Source of the DNA: Candidatus Nanosyncoccus sp.
GTDB taxonomy: Bacteria > Patescibacteriota > Saccharimonadia > Saccharimonadales > Saccharimonadaceae
DNA: 32,000 bases
Assembly (NCBI GenBank): GCA_045597305.1
Contig: JAZLJF010000009.1
Location: forward strand, 21,891-53,890
Reading direction: 5' to 3'
Shown here: piece by piece, positions 1 through 8,203 of the stretch
Layout: every line of letters starts with the position of its first letter
Position numbering within the stretch: position 1 is the first letter of the stretch
Translations under genes and position numbers: made by a program
The notes under the pieces: generated by a model
The model's database searches: none
Seen by the model: the letters and a program-made list of their open reading frames with translations, nothing else
Told to the model about the DNA's origin: nothing

Positions 1-2
1 TT

Positions 3-1091
3 GCAAAAAGGGTAAATTCGTCGAAATTCAATAAGAGATCTTGGGAAGCGGCGATAAAAACTGGTGCTTTTGATAGGTTCGCTGATAGGTCCGATTTGCT
101 ATTTAACCTCGAGGCTATTCAAGCTTTTGGTACGAAATGCCAAAAAGATTTGACATCTGGTCAAACGGACCTTTTTGGTGCTTTTGGAGAGGCTGGTGCT
201 ATTCCAGAGCCAGAATTAAAATCTGCCCCTATGAAAGCATCAGAAAAAGAACAGCTTCTCTGGGAAAGAGATCTGATGGGGTTATATCTTTCGGCCCATC
301 CTTTAGATAAATATGATGTGTATTTTAATGAAAATACACACCCCATGGATCTTATCTCGACTGAAAATGACGGCAAAGTAGTCACGGTAGGCGGAATTAT
401 TACTGATGTCAGGACGATTCTGACAAAATCTGGTACTAAAATGGCGTTCGTAAAGATTGAAAATAAGGTGTCTGATACCGAGATTATTGTATTTCCTTCA
501 ATTTTTGAACAATATGGCGGAAAATTGGTGCAAGATAATGTGATTAAAGTTACAGGTAGAGTTAATGCAAGAGACAAAAATGGAAACATTACTCCTGAAG
601 CGAAGGTGTTAGCAGAGCAAATTGAGGTAATTTCGGATGAATTTCTAGAAAATTATCAAAGTACGGGTCAAAAACTTGCCGCTCCAGTGCTTGCTCCACA
701 GACGAAGAGAAATTACGGCAGTAAGAGTAAGGTTTCGGCCGAAAACGTCTCAAATGGCCGTTCTGGCGGCTCAGGCGTGAAATTTGACTCAAGAAATGGC
801 TCAAAAAACAATTATGAGGCTAATGCTACCCCTGTTGTGCCAAATACGCCGCCGAAAGACCCGAGAAAAGAACGCTTATATTGTCTAATAAAGGACCCGA
901 ATAATACAGAAGTACTATCCGAGATTAAACATCTTTGTGATTTAAACCCGGGCATGAAAGAAGTAGTTTTAGTTTTAGAGGAAAATTCCGACAAAACGCC
1001 ACTAAAAATGCCGTTTAAGATTGAATTATCAGATGAGCTGTTAGTTTCTTTGACGAAGTTATTAGGTGATGAGCAGGTCAAAGTTGCGTAG
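3..1091 (+). CDS. dnaE: DNA polymerase III subunit alpha, C-terminal part (5' truncated by window edge)
   Basis: Frame is open from base 3 (AKRVNSSKFNKRSWEAAIKTGAFDRFADRSDLLFNLEAIQ), typical of the DnaE C-terminal region, followed by an OB-fold-like segment (VTVGGIITDVRTILTKSGTKMAFVKIEN). The tracked TTG start at 96 is internal. Confidence 0.93.
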   Translation, partial: AKRVNSSKFNKRSWEAAIKTGAFDRFADRSDLLFNLEAIQAFGTKCQKDLTSGQTDLFGAFGEAGAIPEPELKSAPMKASEKEQLLWERDLMGLYLSAHPLDKYDVYFNENTHPMDLISTENDGKVVTVGGIITDVRTILTKSGTKMAFVKIENKVSDTEIIVFPSIFEQYGGKLVQDNVIKVTGRVNARDKNGNITPEAKVLAEQIEVISDEFLENYQSTGQKLAAPVLAPQTKRNYGSKSKVSAENVSNGRSGGSGVKFDSRNGSKNNYEANATPVVPNTPPKDPRKERLYCLIKDPNNTEVLSEIKHLCDLNPGMKEVVLVLEENSDKTPLKMPFKIELSDELLVSLTKLLGDEQVKVA

Positions 1092-1097
1092 CTAGAC

Positions 1098-1125
1098 TTG
1101 CCCTCTTTTGTAAAAGTGTTATAAT
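1098..1125 (+). promoter_or_regulatory. sigma70-like promoter for the TrmH-family gene
   Basis: TTGCCC (1098-1103), 16 bp, TATAAT (1120-1125) with upstream TG; the ATG at 1132 lies at the expected transcription start. Confidence 0.6.
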
Positions 1126-1131
1126 TTAAGT

Positions 1132-1641
1132 ATGGAAATAGTGTTATCCCTACACAATATCCGTTCAGTCTACAATGTGGGCGCTATTCTTAGGACGGCT
1201 GAAGGATTGGGGATAAATCATGTTGTATGTTCTGGATATACTCCTTGTGCTCTTGATCCGAATGCTTTACCTCATGTATCTGACAAAATTGCACGCCAGA
1301 TTGAAAAGACAGCACTTGGTGCGGAGAAGTTAGTTGATTTGCGTTGGTGTGAAGATCCGAGGATATTTTATCAATCTTATAAAGACAAAGGATATCAAAT
1401 TATCGGTCTTGAAAATCGGATTGATGATGGAAGGAAGTTCACGTTAGGCTCACCTGCACTTTTGAATAGATTACGAGATAAGGCAGTATTGATTCTTGGA
1501 GAAGAAGTCCAAGGCATTGACAAAAGTCTATATGATTTAGTAGATTTGTTTATCGAAATTCCGATGGTGGGGAAAAAGGAATCTTTCAATGTCTCGGTTG
1601 CAGCTGGTATTGCTCTGTATGCCTTGAAAACTGCATTTTGA
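1132..1641 (+). CDS. TrmH/SpoU family RNA methyltransferase
   Basis: SPOUT motifs: LHNIRSVYNVGAILRTAEGLGI, ILGEEVQGID, EIPMVGKKESFNVSVAAGIALY. Confidence 0.92.
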   Translation: MEIVLSLHNIRSVYNVGAILRTAEGLGINHVVCSGYTPCALDPNALPHVSDKIARQIEKTALGAEKLVDLRWCEDPRIFYQSYKDKGYQIIGLENRIDDGRKFTLGSPALLNRLRDKAVLILGEEVQGIDKSLYDLVDLFIEIPMVGKKESFNVSVAAGIALYALKTAF

Positions 1642-1658
1642 TTGGGGGATAATATCCG

Positions 1659-2996
1659 GTGGGAAACAACGCAGAAAAAACACGATATTATGCTTGTATA
1701 GATTTGAAATCATTTTATGCTTCTGTTGAATGTGTTGAAAGAGGACTAGATCCTTTAAGAGCTGATTTGGTAGTGGCTGATGTGAAACGAACGAGGGGGA
1801 CAGTATGCCTTGCAGTATCGCCATCACTGAAAGAAAAAGGCGTCAAGAATCGATGTCGACTTTTTCAAATTCCGAACAAAATACTCGATAAAACCATTAT
1901 CGCTCCACCTAGGATGCAAAAATATATTGATTATTCAGCTCGAATATATGGCGTCTATTTGAATTACATTTCAAAAGATGATATATTTCCTTATTCTGTT
2001 GACGAGGTTTTTATTGATCTTACAAGCTATCTCAAGCTATACAAGAAGACACCTCGGGAGATGGTTAAATTTTTGATGGATGAAGTATGTAACAAAATCG
2101 GTGTTAGAGCGACAGCAGGTGTTGGAACGAATATGTATCTTGCAAAAATTGCGCTAGATATTCTTGCAAAGCATTCGGATGATTATATTGGCGAGCTGAC
2201 AGAAGCGACGTTTAAGGCGAAATTATGGGATTACACTCCGATATCGGATTTTTGGAGGATTGGTCCGGGCACTGCGAAAAAATTGGCCGATCACCGAATT
2301 TTTACGATGCATGATATAGCCATAGCGGATAAAAATATACTTTACCAAGTGTTTGGTATAGATGCAGAATTACTGATTGATCATGCATGGGGTCGTGAGC
2401 CAGTGACGATTGCAGATGTAAAAAAATATAAGCCAAAAAGCCAAAGCATTTCACAAGGTCAAGTTCTACCCAGGGACTACAATGCTGATGAGACAGCTTT
2501 GGTAGTTCGAGAAATGATGCGGGATATAATGTTACGTTGCACAAAAGAAAATAAATCTGCTACCTCAGTATCTTTGACGATAGTGCCGAGTTATAAAGAA
2601 AAATTGAAGGATTTTAGCGAGTATGAATTACGCAAGTCCGAAAATTACTTATCAGGCTCTATGCAACTAAATGGAGATCCGATCAAGGTGGTTTCTGCGC
2701 TTTTTGATAAGATTGTAGATAAAGAATTATCGTATAGACGAATCTATCTTAATCTTGGAAAACTATCTGATAAAGCGGATAAGATATTGGTTCAAAAACA
2801 TATGTTTAACGAGCTATTTCCAGAGGAAAAAAATAGGCAGAAGATGATGGACGAAAACGAAAAAATTGAAGATGCTATCATTAAAATTCGTGAAAAACAT
2901 GGAAAATCTGCCATCATGACAGCGGAGGATCTTGAGGAGGCTGGAACAACTATAGCACGTAATAAAATGATTGGAGGACATCAAGCAAATGTCTAA
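1659..2996 (+). CDS. Y-family DNA polymerase / UmuC-DinB-like (Firmicutes UvrX-type)
   Basis: YYACIDLKSFYASVECVERGLDPL, YSVDEVFIDLTSYL, GVRATAGVGTNMYLAKIALDI, ISDFWRIGPGTAKKL. GTG start. Confidence 0.93.
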   Translation: MGNNAEKTRYYACIDLKSFYASVECVERGLDPLRADLVVADVKRTRGTVCLAVSPSLKEKGVKNRCRLFQIPNKILDKTIIAPPRMQKYIDYSARIYGVYLNYISKDDIFPYSVDEVFIDLTSYLKLYKKTPREMVKFLMDEVCNKIGVRATAGVGTNMYLAKIALDILAKHSDDYIGELTEATFKAKLWDYTPISDFWRIGPGTAKKLADHRIFTMHDIAIADKNILYQVFGIDAELLIDHAWGREPVTIADVKKYKPKSQSISQGQVLPRDYNADETALVVREMMRDIMLRCTKENKSATSVSLTIVPSYKEKLKDFSEYELRKSENYLSGSMQLNGDPIKVVSALFDKIVDKELSYRRIYLNLGKLSDKADKILVQKHMFNELFPEEKNRQKMMDENEKIEDAIIKIREKHGKSAIMTAEDLEEAGTTIARNKMIGGHQANV

Positions 2997-3165
2997 TTTG
3001 AATAAAATGTCGCTCGGTAAAATGCCGATTTCGCAAAGAGCGAAACAATTTTTGCCATTTTCTAGCCTAAATGGTCTAGAAGATGCATATCTGAAAAAAG
3101 AGTGGGAAATAGAATCAAGACAAAAGATGAAAGACAGAATTTGGAAAATCGAGAATGACGAGTGA
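2989..3165 (+). CDS. small YolD-like protein paired with the Y-family polymerase
   Basis: MSNLNKMSLGKMPISQRAKQFLPFSSLNGLEDAY resembles the short (S)xRAKQFxPFxALxG motif of YolD-like proteins next to Firmicutes Y-family polymerases. SD TTGGAGG at 2971; ATGTCTAA overlaps the upstream stop. Confidence 0.65.
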   Translation: MSNLNKMSLGKMPISQRAKQFLPFSSLNGLEDAYLKKEWEIESRQKMKDRIWKIENDE

Positions 3166-3169
3166 ATTT

Positions 3170-3198
3170 TTGCCTAATATACCCAATTATAGTATAAT
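3170..3198 (+). promoter_or_regulatory. promoter for leuS
   Basis: TTGCCT (3170-3175), 17 bp, TATAAT (3193-3198). Confidence 0.6.
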
Positions 3199-3239
3199 AG
3201 TAGAAATTAATCGTGTGGAATAGGTAAAAAGAGGAAAAC

Positions 3240-5684
3240 ATGGATCGTTATAATCCGCAAAAAATAGAGAAAAAATGGCAAGATAAATGGGAGAAAGAGG
3301 AGACTTTTCGTGCTGTGTCGGAAGGCAATGTTTTGCCTGAAAATCCTGATGCTCCAAAGATGTTTTTGGCGGAAATGTTCCCTTATCCATCCGGTGCAGG
3401 ATTACATGTAGGCCACGTGCGTAATTTTACCATTGTAGATGTTTTGGCTCGATTCTACACGCAACAGCAAATGAATGTGCTTCGTCCATTTGGCTATGAT
3501 ACTTTTGGCTTGCCGGCTGAAAATTACGCTATAAAGACTGGCATTTCTCCACAAGAAGCGACGAAGACGAATATTGCTAATTTCCGCAAACAATTAAAGC
3601 GTCTTGGTTATGCGATTGATTGGTCACGCGAAATAAATACATCTGACCCAGAATATTACCGTTGGACTCAATGGTGCTTCTTGCAACTCTACAAAAAGGG
3701 TCTTGCTTATCGCAAAGAGAGTTATCAGTGGTGGTGTCCTGTAGATCAGACTGTACTTGCGAACGAACAGGTAGAAAATGGCTGTTGTTGGCGCTGTGGT
3801 CATGAAGTCGAAAAGAAGAATATGAAACAGTGGTTTTTCAAAATTACTGATTATGCCGATGAATTATTAGCTGATATTGACGGACTAAATTGGCCTGAAA
3901 AGATCAAGACAATGCAGAGAAACTGGATTGGCAGAAGTGAAGGCGCTGAAATTGAATTCGAAGTCGATGGATTCGAAAAGACCTATATTAAGGTTTTCAC
4001 TACGCGTCCAGACACGGTTTTCGGGGCGACTTTCCTTGTGCTTGCGCCTGAGCATCAAATGATAAAAGATCTAGTCAATGATAAGACTCGTGCTGAGGTG
4101 GAAAAGTATCAGTCAAATGCTCTTAAAAAGTCCGAAATTGAACGTCAAGAGAACAAAGAAAAAACAGGTGTTTTCACAGGATCATATGTAATAAATCCTG
4201 CGACTGGAGAGAAAATCCCTGTTTGGGTATCTGACTATGTCTTAATGGGCTATGGTGAAGGTGCAATTATGGCTGTCCCTGCGCATGACGAGCGTGATTA
4301 CGATTTCGCGACTAAATTTGAGCTTCCAATAAAAGAAGTAATTGAAAAACCAGAGAACATTTCAGATGATGATAAATGCTATCATGGTGAAGGAAAACTA
4401 ATTAATTCTGGACACTTAAATGGTACGGATTCTTCCGAAGCGCGAGAATTGGTAGTAAATTGGCTTTCGCAACAGGGCGTCGGAAAGCAAAGAGTTACAT
4501 ACAAGATGCGTGATTGGCTAATATCTCGTCAACGATACTGGGGTTGTCCTATTCCAATTGCTTATGACGAAGACGGAAATGAATATCCAATTCCTGAAGA
4601 TCAGCTTCCAGTTATGATCCCAGAGGTAGAAGATTATAAGCCTGATAATACGGGTCGAAGTGCTCTTGCTAAGGCAGAAGATTGGCTCCATTTTGAGATG
4701 GAAGTTGAGGACAAAAATACTGGCAAAAAAGTCAAGAAGAAATTACTACGTGAAACTGATACGTTAGACGGATATGCATGCTCTTCTTGGTATCTTTGGC
4801 GCTATACCTCTCCGTCCAATAAAGGCGCAGCTTGGGACAAGGATGCAATATCGTACTGGGCTCCGACAGATGTTTATGTTGGCGCGGATCATGCTGTCGC
4901 GCATCTTCTTTATATCAGATTTTGGTGTAAATTCTTTGCCGATGAAGGCTATCTTCCATTTCGTGAGCCAGTGAAAACTTTGCTTTATAACGGGTATATC
5001 AATGCCCCAGACGGCAAGAAAATGAGTAAAAGCAAGGGTAATGTGATCGACCCACTTGATGTTATTGATCAAGGATACGGAGCTGATACACTGCGTACAT
5101 ACGAAATGTTTATCGGGCCGTATGACCAAGATGCTGCATGGGATCCAAAATCTGTCGGTGGCGTTTATCGATTCTTGAATCGTTGCTGGACTCTTTGTTT
5201 TGATGAAAATTTGCAAGATAAGAATGCAAGTAACGAGAAAAATCGCCTTATCCGTCATAAAACCATTAAAAAGGTATCTGATGATATCTATAGACACAAT
5301 TTCAATACTGCAGTCTCTTCACTGATGGAATATGTCAACGTACTTTACAAAGAAAAAGCGTCAATTGAGGATATTATTACGCTCGCGAAATTGATCAAAC
5401 CATTTGCTCCTCATCTAGCTTGTGAAATGCTGGAAAAAATGGAATCTGATGACGTTTGGCCAACTTGGGAAGAAAAATATCTTGTGTCTGATGACGTTGA
5501 AGTGGTAGTGCAGGTCAATGGTAAACTACGTGCAAAACTCTCTGTAAGCAAAGATGACCTTGAAGATCAAGCAAAGATAGAAAAACTTGCGCTTTCGGAT
5601 GATAATGTTAAGAAATACGTCGCTGATAATATGAAGAAGATTATTTTCGTGAAGCAAGCAAAGCTTATAAATATCGTTGCCTAA
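3240..5684 (+). CDS. leuS: leucyl-tRNA synthetase
   Basis: MFPYPSGAGLHVGHVRNFTIVDVLARF, WCPVDQTVLANEQVENGCCWRCG, KMSKSKGNVIDP. Confidence 0.98.
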   Translation: MDRYNPQKIEKKWQDKWEKEETFRAVSEGNVLPENPDAPKMFLAEMFPYPSGAGLHVGHVRNFTIVDVLARFYTQQQMNVLRPFGYDTFGLPAENYAIKTGISPQEATKTNIANFRKQLKRLGYAIDWSREINTSDPEYYRWTQWCFLQLYKKGLAYRKESYQWWCPVDQTVLANEQVENGCCWRCGHEVEKKNMKQWFFKITDYADELLADIDGLNWPEKIKTMQRNWIGRSEGAEIEFEVDGFEKTYIKVFTTRPDTVFGATFLVLAPEHQMIKDLVNDKTRAEVEKYQSNALKKSEIERQENKEKTGVFTGSYVINPATGEKIPVWVSDYVLMGYGEGAIMAVPAHDERDYDFATKFELPIKEVIEKPENISDDDKCYHGEGKLINSGHLNGTDSSEARELVVNWLSQQGVGKQRVTYKMRDWLISRQRYWGCPIPIAYDEDGNEYPIPEDQLPVMIPEVEDYKPDNTGRSALAKAEDWLHFEMEVEDKNTGKKVKKKLLRETDTLDGYACSSWYLWRYTSPSNKGAAWDKDAISYWAPTDVYVGADHAVAHLLYIRFWCKFFADEGYLPFREPVKTLLYNGYINAPDGKKMSKSKGNVIDPLDVIDQGYGADTLRTYEMFIGPYDQDAAWDPKSVGGVYRFLNRCWTLCFDENLQDKNASNEKNRLIRHKTIKKVSDDIYRHNFNTAVSSLMEYVNVLYKEKASIEDIITLAKLIKPFAPHLACEMLEKMESDDVWPTWEEKYLVSDDVEVVVQVNGKLRAKLSVSKDDLEDQAKIEKLALSDDNVKKYVADNMKKIIFVKQAKLINIVA

Positions 5685-5824
5685 ATTCACTACCATTACA
5701 TACGCATTGGATGTATGCGACGGCTGCGTCTATGATATTACCGACACGTTGATAAACGATGACTATTTGATGCTACTATCAAAGAAGAATGCGATTGATG
5801 AAGCTTTGAATCTGTAAAATTAAA

Positions 5825-5847
5825 GGCGTGTTTTATCACGCCTTTTT
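5825..5847 (+). terminator. intrinsic terminator downstream of leuS
   Basis: GGCGTG-TTTTAT-CACGCC followed by TTTTT. Confidence 0.8.
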
Positions 5848-5865
5848 AATTAGGCTGGATTTCAC

Positions 5866-5894
5866 TTGTCAGAATACGATTTTTGTGATAAACT
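5866..5894 (+). promoter_or_regulatory. promoter for the L32-like/nusB/Nudix/rnc cluster
   Basis: TTGTCA (5866-5871), 17 bp, TGA-TAAACT (5889-5894), extended -10. Confidence 0.55.
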
Positions 5895-5927
5895 AATACA
5901 AATTTATATTATTAAACGGAGCATAAA

Positions 5928-6137
5928 ATGCCTGAACCTAAAAAACAGAGTAGTGCTCGTAAGACCGGACTACGCCGTAGCCACTTACGTTTGAAACTTG
6001 CTCGTGCAGTTAACAAAAAATCGCCTGTCAAGGCTTTTGAAACGAAGAAATCAACTCCTCGTCTAAAGGTTAAAACTACACGCCCTGCAGTAAAAGCTAC
6101 TAAAAAATCAACTAAATCAGTAAAGAAGAGTAAATAA
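5928..6137 (+). CDS. rpmF: 50S ribosomal protein L32-like (zinc-ribbon cysteines absent)
   Basis: N-terminus MPEPKKQSSARKTGLRRSHLRLKL matches the L32 M-x-x-PK...S..R...RRSH..L pattern; Lys-rich C-terminus with no Cys. Located near nusB and rnc. Confidence 0.6.
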   Translation: MPEPKKQSSARKTGLRRSHLRLKLARAVNKKSPVKAFETKKSTPRLKVKTTRPAVKATKKSTKSVKKSK

Positions 6138-6667
6138 TGGCAAGTAATCGGCACCTCGGTAGAATTATTTCGCTACAAAGCTTGTATGAATACGAGTTTC
6201 GCGAGAAGGCGGGCGATACAGAAGCCGATCTTAATACTATTATTGCTAAAAACATTGAGCCATACGAAAAAGCTCTCGGAGATACAGAGTTTGTATATCA
6301 GTTAACAACTGGTGTAATGGAAAAAGCTAAATCTCTCGACGAAGATCTAAAACCATTGGCTCCAGAATGGCCAATTAGTTCAATTGCGGCGATCGATAGA
6401 AATGTCCTTCGCATAGGACTTTTTGAGCTAAAATATTGCGGAGATAAGGTTCCGCCAAAGGTTGCTATTAACGAAGCTGTGGAACTTGCAAAAGCGTTCG
6501 GTTCCGAGAATTCGTCAAGATTTATTAATGGAGTGCTTGGGACTGCATTTCGACAGATAAATCCGGAAGCTGCCACTAAGGATAATAATGAAATATCAAT
6601 CAAAACAGAAGACGGGCAAAGAGCAGAAGCAGACGATAAAGCGGCAATCGATAAATCAGAAGCCTAA
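6137..6667 (+). CDS. nusB: transcription antitermination factor NusB
   Basis: RIISLQSLYEYEF, PISSIAAIDRNVLRIGLFELKY, PPKVAINEAVELAKAFGSENSSRFINGVLG. Confidence 0.93.
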   Translation: MASNRHLGRIISLQSLYEYEFREKAGDTEADLNTIIAKNIEPYEKALGDTEFVYQLTTGVMEKAKSLDEDLKPLAPEWPISSIAAIDRNVLRIGLFELKYCGDKVPPKVAINEAVELAKAFGSENSSRFINGVLGTAFRQINPEAATKDNNEISIKTEDGQRAEADDKAAIDKSEA

Positions 6668-7265
6668 TCAGACGAATCAGCTAAGTAGATCTGCTAGAAT
6701 AAACTACAAAAAACCTGATTTAACCTATCGTAGTCCGAAAGGTACCCTAAAGATTCCAGAGGCGCTACCTACAAAGGAGTATAAAGAATCAGCTTTTTCT
6801 CGTATTTTTCATAAAAAACCGGCAATTCAAGAAATTGTTCGTGAGCCAACTTCTGGTGGTATTGTTTTTCGTATGACTCCAGACCAACACGATATTGAGA
6901 TTTTACTGATTCAAGATTCAAAAAATCGATGGACTATTCCAAAAGGGCACATTGAGCCTGGTGAAACAGCGAAGCAAACTGCGATTCGTGAGATAGGAGA
7001 AGAGTCTGGGCTTCATCATGTGCGCGTTCTAACTTGGCTTGGGAAAATACATTTCAAATATCGCCGCCAGGATAAGCTAGTATTAATGACGACACAAATT
7101 TATTTAGTTCGCGCTTTAGATAACCATGAAAAGCCGCAAAAAGAGAAGTGGATGAATGGCATTAAATGGTTCAAATTCAGTGATGCTATTGACGCGGTAG
7201 AATATGAAGACATCGAAAAATTAATGCTCATTGCACGAAAAAAGATTCGTTCAGGTGAATTTTAA
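6588..7265 (+). CDS. Nudix hydrolase with N-terminal basic/polar extension
   Basis: Nudix box GHIEPGETAKQTAIREIGEESGL; SD-like TAAGGA upstream of ATG 6588; overlaps nusB by 80 nt. Confidence 0.9.
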   Translation: MKYQSKQKTGKEQKQTIKRQSINQKPNQTNQLSRSARINYKKPDLTYRSPKGTLKIPEALPTKEYKESAFSRIFHKKPAIQEIVREPTSGGIVFRMTPDQHDIEILLIQDSKNRWTIPKGHIEPGETAKQTAIREIGEESGLHHVRVLTWLGKIHFKYRRQDKLVLMTTQIYLVRALDNHEKPQKEKWMNGIKWFKFSDAIDAVEYEDIEKLMLIARKKIRSGEF

Positions 7266-7307
7266 CGTCGTATACCGGCTACACAATATTTATCTTGAAG
7301 GAGGAAA

Positions 7308-8030
7308 ATGAATAGAGAAGAAAAAGATTTATATCAGAAGTTTGCAAAAGAAAAGCTAGGTTTTGAGTTTAATAATATTGAGCTTTTAATTACGGCTTTG
7401 ACACACCGAAGCTATATAAATGAGCACAAAAATGCAAAAATCGAACATAATGAACGTCTGGAATTTCTTGGCGATGCGGTGCTAGAACTAGTTTCTTCAG
7501 ACTTTCTGTTTAAGAATTATAAAGAGCCAGAAGGAATCATGACGGCATGGCGAAGTGCGCTTGTACGAACAGAATCTATTGGCGCAGCAGGTGAGGCTTT
7601 GGGATATGAACCTCTAGTCAGACTCTCTCATGGAGAAAAAATGGATTCGGCAAGAGCGCATGCCGTCATTCTAGCCGATTGTTTTGAAGCCGTGATTGGT
7701 GCAATCTACCTTGATCAAGGATACGATGAAGCGAAGAAATTCATAGAGAAACACATTCTAGTGAAAATTGACCAAATTTTAGACGATGAATCTTGGCGCG
7801 ATCCAAAGTCCTATTTCCAGGAGCTTGCGCAGCACTATGATGGGATTACCCCACTTTACCAGGTTATAAAGGAAGAAGGACCGGATCATGATAAGGTGTT
7901 TACTGTTGGAGCATATGTAGGTCGACAGTTAAAAGGCGTTGGAAGTGGTTATTCAAAGCAAGAAGCGCAAGGCGAAGCCGCAAGAGAAGGCGTCAAAAAA
8001 TACCGCGCGGAGCACCCAAAGCAAGCATAG
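7308..8030 (+). CDS. rnc: ribonuclease III
   Basis: NERLEFLGDAVLELV, ILADCFEAVIGAIYLDQGYDEA, C-terminal dsRBD; SD AAGGAGG. Confidence 0.96.
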   Translation: MNREEKDLYQKFAKEKLGFEFNNIELLITALTHRSYINEHKNAKIEHNERLEFLGDAVLELVSSDFLFKNYKEPEGIMTAWRSALVRTESIGAAGEALGYEPLVRLSHGEKMDSARAHAVILADCFEAVIGAIYLDQGYDEAKKFIEKHILVKIDQILDDESWRDPKSYFQELAQHYDGITPLYQVIKEEGPDHDKVFTVGAYVGRQLKGVGSGYSKQEAQGEAAREGVKKYRAEHPKQA

Positions 8031-8050
8031 TATAGCGAAATGGATGCAAC

Positions 8051-8081
8051 ACTAAAAAGCCTAAACATTGACTTTTAGGCT
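8051..8081 (-). terminator. candidate minus-strand intrinsic terminator
   Basis: Perfect 8-bp inverted repeat AGCCTAAA(8058-8065)-8nt-TTTAGGCT(8074-8081); on the minus strand it is followed by TTTT. Confidence 0.5.
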
Positions 8082-8096
8082 AAAGTGTGGTATATT
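8068..8096 (+). promoter_or_regulatory. promoter for the 8204/8817 cassette
   Basis: TTGACT (8068-8073), 17 bp, TATATT (8091-8096), TGg extended -10. Confidence 0.65.
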
Positions 8097-8098
8097 GT

Positions 8099-8125
8099 AG
8101 AGATAAGATTGCGTATCTTATCTCT
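8099..8125 (+). other. perfect 11-bp stem-loop in 5' leader
   Basis: AGAGATAAGAT-TGCGT-ATCTTATCTCT, starting just after the -10 box. Confidence 0.7.
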
Positions 8126-8156
8126 TTTCTGCTATACAGAAATTAGAGATATAGCA

Positions 8157-8185
8157 ATTCTAGTAGCTTAAAATTTTATTTCCAA
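8157..8185 (-). promoter_or_regulatory. candidate antisense promoter in the leader of the 8204 gene
   Basis: Minus strand TTGGAA (8185-8180), 17 bp, TAGAAT (8162-8157). Confidence 0.4.
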
Positions 8186-8203
8186 AGGAAGGGGGATATT
8201 CCT

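Noticed and set aside
161-589. 142-aa minus-strand ORF antisense to dnaE
   Set aside because: Embedded in dnaE; no initiation signals or family resemblance.
4764-5297. 177-aa minus-strand ORF antisense to leuS
   Set aside because: Lies entirely within the well-conserved leuS coding sequence; no SD, promoter or recognisable domain. Typical shadow ORF.
8099-8130. Hairpin AGAGATAAGAT...ATCTTATCTCT + TTTT as a plus-strand terminator
   Set aside because: AT-rich stem with only a short interrupted T-run right at the transcription start; more plausible as a leader or antisense structural element, though premature termination cannot be excluded.
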